64,000 nucleotides of DNA from Diadema antillarum. Taxonomy: Eukaryota. Made by a program: the position numbers and the translations under genes. Below, piece after piece: positions 11,655 through 22,269 of the stretch (its first letter is position 1; each line of letters begins with the position of its first letter). The notes below the pieces were generated by a model. That model was given only the letters and a program-made list of their open reading frames with translations. It did not search any database and was not told the DNA's origin. Location: contig NW_027271384.1 of NCBI RefSeq assembly GCF_040938485.1, positions 1,736,001 through 1,800,000 of the forward strand, in the 5' to 3' direction.

Positions 11655-12553
11655 AACGAGAGAGACTCCTATCCCAATCCCGGGCTGCTAGCACGCACAG
11701 CACGTATACACAGGCATGGGAATCTTTTCAATCTTTTCGATCGGCTTATCATTTCAGCCTCAGCGCTAACCCCACGCTCGAGCAGATTGTGCAATTTATA
11801 GCCTACCTGTCCCTTAACGGTTACGCAGCTGCCACGTTGGCCACCTATATCGCGGGGCTCTCCTTTCATTTGCAGTCACGCGGGCTACGTGACGTCACAC
11901 AGTGCTTTATCGTTAGGCGCATGCTGGACGGCAGCAAACGTGGTCGCATCTCCAGGGACGTGCGCTGCCCGATCACCTTACCCATATTAAGCCGCATGCT
12001 TGTGGCTCTCCCACACGTGTGCGCTTCGTCATTCGACGCGTTGCTGTTTCGAACTGCTTTCCTAGTAGCTTTCTTTGCGTTTCTCCGGGTTGGGGAATTT
12101 ACCGTCCGCGCCCGAAACCACACCCCCACTCTCAGATTGATTGACGTTCGCCTGCACAGCGGCAAGGCAGCTTTGGAGCTACACCTCCGTTCTTCCAAGA
12201 CTGACCAGGGGGGTGCTGGTTGTTATATAATCTTGCCTAGCAACGAATCCAAGAGCTTATGTCCAGTAGCAGCCGCTAGTGCCTACGTGGCTGTGCGTCC
12301 ACGTGGTAGCGAAGCTTTCTTCGTGCGTTATGACGGGGCCCCCCTAGTTAGGAAGGATTTCAATAACATATTAAAGCGCTGCGTGGAGTTCGTACGCCTC
12401 CCAGTCGCACTATTTTCTTCTCATTCGTTCCGTATTGGAGCGGCCACGTCAGCTGCCACGGCAGGCATTCCGGATGCAAGGATTAAAGGCATGGGCCGGT
12501 GGTCGTCTAATACATTTAGACGCTACATCCGAATTGATAAGATTTTCTCATAA
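11571..12553 (+). CDS. Ngaro ORF3, tyrosine recombinase (no upstream ATG; probably entered by splicing at 11571)
   Basis: Catalytic residues R (FLRVGE), K (SSKTDQ), HxxR (HSFRIGAAT), W (GRWSS) and Y (RRYIR) are all present. The frame is open from 11552 and the first in-frame ATG is only at 11921. Confidence 0.93.
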
Positions 12554-13085
12554 TAGCGCACATTATTGTGGCGCTTATTGAGCGTTTCGGGGTTTACAAC
12601 CCAAGTAAAGGTTTGGTTTGAAAGCGAAAATAAGTTTTTATCAATCTTTTGAAAGCCAAATGTTCTTCACTCTTAGCTTTAATTATATGTTTCAAGTTGT
12701 GGTAAGGGCTACCCAATCGTTATTATCGTATACTGAGAGTTGTAAACTGAGAGTTATCAATATGCCAGTGCATTACAGTTGCATTACAGTTGCCGAACGC
12801 TGTCTTACATTAGTCGAAGTACAGATAGGGCAACAAAGTTTGTTTTCATGCCAAAGGTAGCACCCTCCCCCCCCCCCCCCCCCATTTCCATTTCGGATAC
12901 CGCGCTTCTCGTCTCTTTTTCTCTCTTTCTCTCTTATCACAATACAGGCGTAAGAGTGATCGCAGACGGGGATTCAGGGGAGCGACGAAGCGGGCTCGGG
13001 CTGTCCTGCTGGGACTCGCTCTTCGGACATGCATAGTAATAAGGTCATTAGCATCTCCACCTTCGCGTTGCTGCCTGGTCGGCTC

Positions 13086-13172
13086 CGTTTACACAGGAGG
13101 TCAGAATCATCGACTTTTATAGTGTGCGTTTACACAGGAGGTCAGAATCATCGACTTTTATAGTGTGCGTTT
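13086..13172 (+). repeat. 41-bp perfect tandem duplication inside the element's 3' region
   Basis: CGTTTACACAGGAGGTCAGAATCATCGACTTTTATAGTGTG twice, plus CGTTT. Confidence 0.95.
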
Positions 13173-13976
13173 CAACCCGGGGCAACTTTATCCTATCATT
13201 CCTTGGTAGTCGCTGTCAGGCAACCATGATATCATCCCACTACCGATCTTGAACTGCCTGGTCTTTGTGTTATACATTGTTCCGAATGGATTAAAGCACG
13301 ATACATACGAACTAACAAACAGACAAGCCAAAAAAAAAATAAATAAATAAAGCAATATTCTCGCGTCATTATAATGTCAGCCATGGGCTGGAGCACAGGT
13401 GTATTTAGCGGCAGGGAGCAATATTCTTAAATGGACCCAAACAGGCCATGGCATTGACTTTCGACAGAAGCCGGTTCCCCGCAGGATTGTAGGTTCTGCT
13501 TCCTCTTTTCCGCGTTATTCGGGTTTACATACTTGACTGTTTTACATTGTATCATACATTCCCTTGTTTGGGCCCTTCAAGACACAGTTTAATATTGTGG
13601 CCAACCGTTCTCATATAATAATGTTAACTCTATTGGCATGGATTAGAACTAAACACGTAGATAAATGAATACATTAGTAAGTAAATAAATTAGAAATATA
13701 ATACAAACTCGTAAAGTAGCGGCCCGTCAGTGTTGTGCCATCTGGATTATTGTTCGGCCGTGTAAATTCATGTTTCACTATTATAGGTTGTATATATGTT
13801 ATATGCTAGTCTGGGGGTAGCGGGCATGCTCTAGTAGGGTCTGGATTGGTTGCGTATGAATTTAGGGGATTATAAAGGAGCTGCTCCGTTGAGCTCCTTG
13901 GATGATTGGAGATAATGATGTCCGTACTTCTCGGTGACTCTGTTATCCTATGGCGGCGGACCCTGGGGGTCCGTTT

Positions 13977-14682
13977 GGCCGTATTTTGAAAAAATTAAGC
14001 CGCTATAGGATAACATCTGCTTTAAAGTACAGTTTGAATCGTTCATAATTATATTCCTCTCGAGGTAAAGGGGGCTTTGTTCTGGTAACATACTTTTGGA
14101 TGCAATTCTATTTACCGGCGAGTAGCGAAGCAGGCTGACCTTAGTACCACGAGGATGGATTGTTATCTAAGCCCTCCGTAAATATGCGAGTCTTGGGGCA
14201 GTCGCGCTGGTCGGTGACTGCTTCAAGGCGCGGACGCAAGGGATCGGAGTTGGTATATGTGCCCTCGTGAAGCACTTGTTAATGCGACCAGAACAGGTGT
14301 TTGGGTTTTATTTCCTGCCAATTTCGCTATCGGTGCGGCGGGGCAGATGGACTTTTACGGGTGGCTTTGCTTTCGCTTGATATACCAGTTGAGTAACATT
14401 GGTTTACTATATGAATTAAGGGCCCTTGTCACAGAGGCTATAAACCCCCTTCATCTCGGGATGCATAATGCTGTGAAGTGTATTACTATTGTACGTGTTT
14501 GGAATGGTGTAAGAAGTTCTCACTATATCAAAATGTATATGCAAGATCGAACTCGTTATTATGGATAAGCACGTTGTCATTCGATTGTATGGATTATATA
14601 ACTTATGGCTTCCACGATTAAACCACCATAACCGCAGATTTGGTCTTCCATGTCTTTTTATTGTGTCGTACCAAGGAGTAAT
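13977..14682 (+). repeat. Split direct repeat B1 (706 bp)
   Basis: Matches 15321-16026 with one visible substitution (G14098 vs T15442). Confidence 0.97.
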
Positions 14683-14950
14683 GGGTTTTAACGGACTGCA
14701 AGGAAGTTAAAACAATTTACTCTTGAAGGACACAGTAGCGATGTTGCCGGGCAGATATAGGGCAGGGGGGATTACGCAACAGGTGACCCCTGCTCTTGCT
14801 GCCCCTCTCGTTTGCGGGGGTAAGCGCACGCGGTGAAGAAATTGCTTAGGTAGCGTCATTCGATGGTGGTTTGTCGTGGAAGCAGGAAGTAATTGAGGCG
14901 GCTCCTAATATTGGATTTCGTGCATTGTCTTACACATTGAACTTCGAAAC
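14679..14950 (+). repeat. Split direct repeat A2, overlapping B1 by TAAT
   Basis: Copy of A1. The B1/A2 junction reads ...CCAAGGAG-TAAT-GGGTTTT... Confidence 0.97.
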
Positions 14951-15320
14951 CCACCTCCTCCCCGTCCGCCTCCTGCAAATCTTGGATTGGTATTTCATTT
15001 CTAATGGGTGTTTCGATAATTGATAACAAAGTACATAGGGGGCAAGCTTACCTACGTATTTCCATACGGTCGTCGTAATGGACGTTTCGGTTTGATGGAA
15101 ACGGATGTGCCGATTAATGATAACATGTCAGGGAGGCATGGGTTGTAAGGTAACAGTGGGATAGTGTGGCCATTCTCAAGAGCGTAGCTTGGTTGCACCG
15201 CGCAGGTGGACCGCAGGGGAATTTTCCGGCGACATTTTCCCTTCATAATAAGGGTGGTTGAGAAAGCTGAAGGGTTTTTTGCTGGTTTTTCGCCCCTGCT
15301 TGGGGGTTGCCACACTTTGC

Positions 15321-16026
15321 GGCCGTATTTTGAAAAAATTAAGCCGCTATAGGATAACATCTGCTTTAAAGTACAGTTTGAATCGTTCATAATTATATTC
15401 CTCTCGAGGTAAAGGGGGCTTTGTTCTGGTAACATACTTTTTGATGCAATTCTATTTACCGGCGAGTAGCGAAGCAGGCTGACCTTAGTACCACGAGGAT
15501 GGATTGTTATCTAAGCCCTCCGTAAATATGCGAGTCTTGGGGCAGTCGCGCTGGTCGGTGACTGCTTCAAGGCGCGGACGCAAGGGATCGGAGTTGGTAT
15601 ATGTGCCCTCGTGAAGCACTTGTTAATGCGACCAGAACAGGTGTTTGGGTTTTATTTCCTGCCAATTTCGCTATCGGTGCGGCGGGGCAGATGGACTTTT
15701 ACGGGTGGCTTTGCTTTCGCTTGATATACCAGTTGAGTAACATTGGTTTACTATATGAATTAAGGGCCCTTGTCACAGAGGCTATAAACCCCCTTCATCT
15801 CGGGATGCATAATGCTGTGAAGTGTATTACTATTGTACGTGTTTGGAATGGTGTAAGAAGTTCTCACTATATCAAAATGTATATGCAAGATCGAACTCGT
15901 TATTATGGATAAGCACGTTGTCATTCGATTGTATGGATTATATAACTTATGGCTTCCACGATTAAACCACCATAACCGCAGATTTGGTCTTCCATGTCTT
16001 TTTATTGTGTCGTACCAAGGAGTAAT
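15321..16026 (+). repeat. Split direct repeat B2 (element 3' end)
   Basis: Copy of B1 ending ...CCAAGGAGTAAT, after which host intron sequence resumes. Confidence 0.97.
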
Positions 16027-16060
16027 ATAATGTTATTTCCCCTTTTTACCCATAATCAAG

Positions 16061-16271
16061 AGGGCAAATTCTTCCATATCTCTGACATCCACTACGACCC
16101 GCAATATGGACAAGGAGTTTATCCGCAAGCTTCCTCGTGCGCGGTGCAGGTTGACGTGGCGGAATTCCCCCTCGGAAATTACGACTGCGACTCCCCTTGG
16201 TCCCTGGTCGAAGCGACTCTAAAGACAATGGCTGACTCCGAGAGTGCCGCGGACTTCATAGTTTGGACAGG
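16061..16271 (+). CDS. SMPDL3B: SMPDL3-like exon 2
   Basis: AG acceptor at 16059-60. EGKFFHISDIHYDP...GNYDCDSPWSLV...DFIVWTG contains the DxH metal motif. GT donor at 16272 (phase 2). Confidence 0.92.
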
Positions 16272-16915
16272 GTACGTACAAACTGCTGGCCTTTTCAATT
16301 CACTTTCTATTCTTCTTCCGACATGTCCGTCCGAGGTAGGGGTAAAACATAGAGAGAGAGAGATTGATTGGAAGTTTAGGTCTCTACCTTTTCGAGGAAA
16401 ATGATATTGGTCAGCTGAAGCAAAACAGCTTTTCTGCACTTTTAGATTATCTATTAGTCCATTCGACTAATATCTATTAGTCGAATGGACCACTAGACCG
16501 CCCCCAATAAATCTCCTGCTGCTTCTCGTCTCGTATCATGTGTTGATCTTTGGCCTTGTTTTAATCCATCCTCGTATTGCATTTATAAAAAATCAAGAAA
16601 ATAAACGTTCTTTGGAAAGAATTTGTAATTTGTAATCAATGCACCAAGCGATTGGATTCCACCACGATGTGCTGCCATGGCATTAAGATGATTATATAAT
16701 GAAATAGTCGACCTCGCATAAGTCGAAGGTCTTTTCAAGACCTTTATTCTCTTTATATTTTATTGAATTTAATCCCTCATAAGTCGAATTTTCTCTAAGT
16801 CAAAATAGATTCAGCCAATGCAAGAATGACTGATTGCTCAGCGCGATGCGCAAAGCGATTACAATCTTAGAACCCGTTTCTTTCAATAATTATATATTTT
16901 CCTGTCAATCTGCAG

Positions 16916-17163
16916 CGACACACCTGGGGCGTTGGCACAAGACCTCTTGCCCAACACCACAGTCCTCGAAATCATCCAGAACGCCTCCAGGGCCATCGAA
17001 GACCGCTTTCCGAACCTCCCAGTCTTTCCCGCCATCGGTAACCATGACAACTGGCCGCGGCATCTTCTGGAGCCCCAGCCAAATGCTTTCCGGGATGCCC
17101 TGGGCCAGGTGTGGGCCTCGTGGTTGGCGGACTACTCCGGCGCGTTGGACACATTCAGCCAAG
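16916..17163 (+). CDS. SMPDL3B: SMPDL3-like exon 3
   Basis: TGCAG acceptor. Completes WTGD and contains PVFPAIGNHD. GT donor at 17164 (phase 1). Confidence 0.93.
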
Positions 17164-17604
17164 GTAGGCGATTATCATCTTTACTATGTCTTACCATTAT
17201 CGTTATCATCATCATCATAACATTATCCTAGAATAATGTAATAACCTTCAAAGAGAAATCTACGCAGAGAGAATTTCCTCAATCTTCGTTTATTTTGCAC
17301 GCATTCTTTTTGCTATTGGCCCCTCATTAGCCAGGTATCACCAGCGAAATGTATATAATTTTAGTACACGATAGTTATTCGTCTCCGCAAGTGAAGGCTT
17401 TTGGGCGCTCATATAATTTACGGTAAGTGCATTTCAATATGTTTAGTCTCGAGGTTCTAAGCACAGTGCGTAAACATCATCGTATGCAAGATTGAATGTG
17501 ATGTGTATGCCTATCTTTTGTGTTTAATTTTAGAGTGTATGCACGTGTGCCATCATTTTACGTTTTGCCCTTTCACAATACCAATATCAATTGCCTATAC
17601 GCAG

Positions 17605-17768
17605 GGGGATATTACGTGACTGCAATTAACGCCAACTTGTCTGTCATCTCGCTGAACACTGCATTCTACTACTACAAGGACACGCGCGTCGAAGGACTCG
17701 ACGACCCGGCGGGACAATTCGTGTGGCTGGAAGAGAAGCTAGAAGACGCGGAGAATGATGGCGTGGTG
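17605..17768 (+). CDS. SMPDL3B: SMPDL3-like exon 4
   Basis: GGYYVTAINANLSVISLNT...DPAGQFVWLEEKL. GCAG acceptor and GTATGT donor (phase 0). Confidence 0.92.
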
Positions 17769-18178
17769 GTATGTCCTCCATAACCAACTGCCGAACAAAC
17801 ATGTTCTTAGGCATTGTATGATATATTTTATATAAGAGAGAGAGAGGGGGGGGGGGGGCTGAGAATAGGATTTTTTTTTTTGATACACAAAAATGCTATA
17901 AAATCTTGAGTACAAGGCCTAAATATTTAAGCTTTGATGTACCGGAAATTAAAGCATGACATGAATCGGTATATCATTAAAACAAATCCATTCATTCATT
18001 CATTTTCATTCATTTAAGCCTGATTGCATCGTATATCAAAATAGATGATTTTTCCTCTCAACACACAGCGTGTTTACACTTTTGAAAAGATCGTGAGGTA
18101 TATGTATAACTATTAGAAAATCCTTAACCCTATAATTACTCGATACATGTATATAATAAAAAGTAAAATTCCGAACTC

Positions 18179-18582
18179 TCTCACTGGAGGAACCAGCCGC
18201 GACTGAGAAGACAAAAAAAAAAAGACAAAAAGACAAACAAAAAATAGCTTGCACTCTCAACAACAAGGCGACTCCGAGACGTCTTCTCTGACTCCGCGAC
18301 GTCTCCATTGGTCCTCGCAAGGTCGTGGAGACGTCGTGGAGACGTCTCCTGGACCAGCTGGAGACTGAAAAAAAAAAGGTCAAAAAAAAAAAAGTATCGA
18401 ACGTGTTTGATTTCCTCGCGACTCCCCTGAGACCATAGCCGGCTCGTCTCAAGGAGGCGTCACAGGCGACGTTGTGGAGACGTCGCGTCGCGGAGACGTC
18501 TCGGCGACCAGAGAGATTTGAGTGTCCACTACGCATGCTAGGTGGCCACAATATATTGGCTATGGTCTCTAAGCCAGTGAGA
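18179..18582. mobile_element. Probable MITE with repeated GAGACGTC motifs
   Basis: Short TIR TCTCACTGG / CCAGTGAGA and about 7 internal G(A/C)GACGT(C/T) motifs in both orientations. Confidence 0.45.
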
Positions 18583-18640
18583 TACCCCCTTTAGTGTCTT
18601 GAATATCAAACTACATGGATTTGTCCTCTCTGCATGCAAG

Positions 18641-18818
18641 GTCTACATCGTTGCACATATCCTACCGGGCTCCTTGGAAGGGGAAACGCTGAAGTCGTTC
18701 CAGCCCAGATTCAACGAGAGATACCTCGACATACTTAGACGCTTCAGTCACGTGATCAAGGGACAGTTCTACGGCCATCACCACTACGATAGCTTCCGGG
18801 TTCTGTATGCTGAGGACG
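18641..18818 (+). CDS. SMPDL3B: SMPDL3-like exon 5
   Basis: VYIVAHILPG...GQFYGHHHYDSFRV supplies the remaining His ligands (H and GHxH). Donor at 18819 (phase 1). Confidence 0.93.
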
Positions 18819-20102
18819 GTAGGTGATGGATGAGAGTAACCATTGTTGTGATGCTTCTCAAACAGATTTGCTGTTGATGCAAGTTTATAAGTCTGCGTTC
18901 GTTTCATGCAGTTGCCATGATTATGATTTTATGCCACAGAGTTGGAGGTGAGAGGGGTCAATGTTACCATGGGAGTTAGTTCCATGATCTTACTATCAAT
19001 CACGTTTTATGATAAGAGGCCCGGGTAATACTAGCATGTCATGAAACTTAAAATACCATAAAATAAAAAAAAAAACTTGAATGCAAATGATTATTCTTCT
19101 CTTGAGCCATCATGTTGCCCTTCAGTGATTGCAGTACATTCATCCCATAACTTACTACTGACTACTGACTTGACTGATTGGAGTTACGTTTTCCGGCATG
19201 GTAACATGTAAATGTAATTATGATATAATCAGATACCGTCAGGAAGCATACGGCTATGTAAAATGCGTAATGTATATCCTGCCATTAAGAACACACATAC
19301 AAGCACATGCACTCACACTCATTCACCCATAGATATTATAATACATTAATGCACTAATACGCACAAGTTCACACACAGCAAAATTAACTCCATCATTGTA
19401 TTACGAGGAAAGCTCGTGATGAACACTCTAATGACTGAGTTGGTTTGTTTTTTCTCCCAAGAACCTTGAAATGAAGCCGCACTTTTTCGTACTTATTGAC
19501 AAACCATATTCATGGCACCGGACTCCTTGTTGACGTGCAGGGAACATTTTAACCTGATCGCTATTCTGCGCAAAGTTATAAGTAGGCTACTTTTTTTTTT
19601 TTTTGAATGATGGCAAACTTTACTTTCAGAAATAAACAAATTCGGGTTTTGTTGATTTCCCAAACTATGATACGAAACAACTACACATCGCAAAAAAGGA
19701 TTATTCTGTCCTATTCCATAAACTACAATAACGTTTTTGCCTTCGAAAATAGTTCTGTCCTCATTTGTATCATGGGTTGATAATCTCAATAGTCTTTCAG
19801 TTACTTCAAACACGTCAGACCAGCGATTAAAAATCAGCAATGTAACAATAAAAGTGTGGGGGGGGGGGGGTGGGTGAAGATGAAAATGACAGTCATGACA
19901 AGACAAATTGAACTTTTGGGCGCTTTATTTAGGTTGCCCTCATCGCTGGATTTCAAAAACCCTAACAATGCTGTAAATCAAAGTAGACGATCCTTTGATA
20001 ACCATTCATGTGCCTATCAGTGGAGAGGAAGAACAGACAACCAAAATGACATTTGTCACGAATTATGACCTTTTTTTTTCTTTTTTTCTTTTTTCCAAAC
20101 AG

Positions 20103-20590
20103 GCACTCCGGTTAATGCGTTGTATGTACAGCCATCTTTGACGCCGCGAAACGCCACTGCTCTGGGTCCGAGAAATCCGAGTTTCCGTGTTGTTAGCTAC
20201 GATCGCGCCACCGGCGACGTACTCGATATCGAACAGTACTACCTCGACCTCGCGAACAGCCAACTGACGTGGGAGCTCGAATATCGCGCCACCACCTCGT
20301 ACGGCGTAAGCGATCTCAGTCCCGCCTCCCTCGACGCACTCATCGAGAAATTCTCCGAAGGCGAAGCGGCGTCTAACGAAATCTTTCGCCGTTACCATGG
20401 CCACAGCACCGCACTGGCGGACGTGAAAGAGTGCGATGATGATTGCAGACGATATCACTTTTGCGCCATCACCAACCTCGACTACGACAAATACGACGAT
20501 TGCCTCAGTGGACATGCTGTGAGGAAAGGCGGACAGATCGGCAGCCTTGGAGCTACAATCTTTGTTCTTCTCTATAACTTGCTTTCTTGA
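20103..20590 (+). CDS. SMPDL3B: SMPDL3-like exon 6 (last), with hydrophobic C-terminal tail
   Basis: Long pyrimidine tract and AG at 20101-02. PSLTP..NPSFRVVSYD...YYLDL, Cys pair CDDDCRRYHFCAI, TGA at 20588. The total CDS of 1371 nt is divisible by 3. Confidence 0.92.
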
Positions 20591-22269
20591 ACTGTGTGAG
20601 TTCATACACGCGATGGACTCGATTAGTATTTTATTGCAATGTATGATCATTATTTCCACTTCAGCTGTACGAGAATATGACGACTTGTCATCCCAAATTT
20701 TCGACGCAATCGAGATCACTCCTCTCAAATGTCATCTCTGTAAGTTAATGTGTCCAGCCTGCATATCATAAAGGTCACATTGGTCAAATCGACTTTGGTT
20801 CACTTTAAAGTGCCATCAAACCCCTCATAGTAATAATCGTTGTGAAATACTATCACAGCTATGATTTTCACTAATATCTTAGTTTTTTGTTGTTGTTTTT
20901 TGGTGCTCCATTTAAAAGACAAAGAATAAAAGTTTGAATAAACATTTAAATAGATGAATTTAGAAGTAAAGAGAGAAGAAAGATAAAAGAGGAGGAATAA
21001 GAAAGAATGAAAGAAACAGAGGAATTAGAAAAGAAAGAGAGAGGGAGAGAGAAATAAAAAGATATCTACTAAAACTAGTTTTACCGCACCAAATCAGGAG
21101 AATCGGGTATGAGGGGTGATGACGTTGCACAGACCCGAAGCTCCGTGAAGAATTTATGTTATCTAAATTTCATTTGCGTTTCAGCATATTTTGATTTTAT
21201 TTCACCAGTAAATAAGTTTAAAAGTGGAGTAAATTTGAAGCTAATTAGCACTATCTAGATTTCTTTATTTTGTTTGAATTTCAGATTATTTGTGCCAACT
21301 TCTTCATCATTTCAACTAATTATTTTTGATTTGTCAGGATCAAACAATAAAATGTAGAAAGGAGAACATTCATCACGCTATATGTAATTTTTATCTTACA
21401 CAGTGCCAATCATCTTGAGTGCTCAGGTCAAACGTTTTTGATAATTTATGTGGTGAAATGATTGTCATTTTTCATTTCTTTAAAAAGCTTAGACAAAATG
21501 TAATACAATGTACTTAGTACATGATATGTTGCATGCTTTGATCTTTCACAATATGTCTCACATCCGGAAATGTACAATGATATATGATTTCTTTAGTAGC
21601 AAAAACATGAAATACATGGGTAGGGTAATTTTCATTTGTAAGTAGTGAAGCCAAGACAAACAGCATGGTGAAAATGCGAGTGAAATCAGATAAAGAAACC
21701 TATGACGAGTTATTGCCACTACGTCATCGTTGTTTGTTGCCACGGATATCTGCAATCTTATTCATGTGATTACACAGTATTATTTGAAAAAATACCTTTT
21801 TTGTTGTCTTGTCACTTTATCAAATGTCCTTCAAACTTGTTGTAAATGATGTCAAAAATAAATCTCTGCAGGACACGAAAAAGCATTAATTCTCACAAGT
21901 GCAAATTACCCAACTGTTGAGGTTTTGTTTGCAATGTTGTTACTTGTTTGCATTTTTGAAACCAACAACCTGTGCGTGAAGAGTTATATGATGAGGATTT
22001 ATATTTCAGGTGGCCATGGTGTGCGGTATCACTTTCTACTGTTTTTTATCCAAGACTTTTCAACATTTGCATCTCCTGATTTTGCTCAAATAGCTTAATT
22101 GTAATACTGTAGAATTGCCCATTTTCCTAGTCCATTATATCAACAAAAACATTCTCAAATAATTAACATACTACTTAATAACACCGCTATGTCAGTATTG
22201 ACTGATACTCTCCATAGAAACACCATGTAATCTTCTGTACCATTTCATGTTTCCCACACATGTACAGTC

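Larger units (their letters stand above)
8548..16026 (+). mobile_element. Full-length Ngaro-type tyrosine-recombinase (DIRS-order) retrotransposon, 7479 bp
   Basis: Gag, RT/RNase H and YR ORFs in that order. Split direct repeats A1 (8548-8819), B1 (13977-14682), A2 (14679-14950) and B2 (15321-16026). No methyltransferase domain after RNase H and no inverted terminal repeats, which argues for Ngaro over DIRS1-like. Confidence 0.93.

Noticed and set aside
11636-12553. Phage integrase or prokaryotic retron/DGR-type system
   Set aside because: The context is eukaryotic (spliceosomal introns), and the gag-RT/RNase H-YR order is that of YR retrotransposons.
14257-14568. 103-aa ORF repeated at 15601-15912
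   Set aside because: It is duplicated only because it lies in repeat B, has no ATG start (GTG) and no recognisable domain; at most a relic, as noted in the findings.
13977-16026. B1/B2 (and A1/A2) as an assembly duplication or as LTRs of a separate element
   Set aside because: The interleaved A1-B1A2-B2 order with a shared TAAT at all junctions is the expected split-repeat structure. There are no TG...CA LTR ends and no DDE integrase.
15994-16404. 136-aa ORF as a stand-alone gene
   Set aside because: It is a chimera of the B2 end, intron sequence and SMPDL3-like exon 2 read through its donor.
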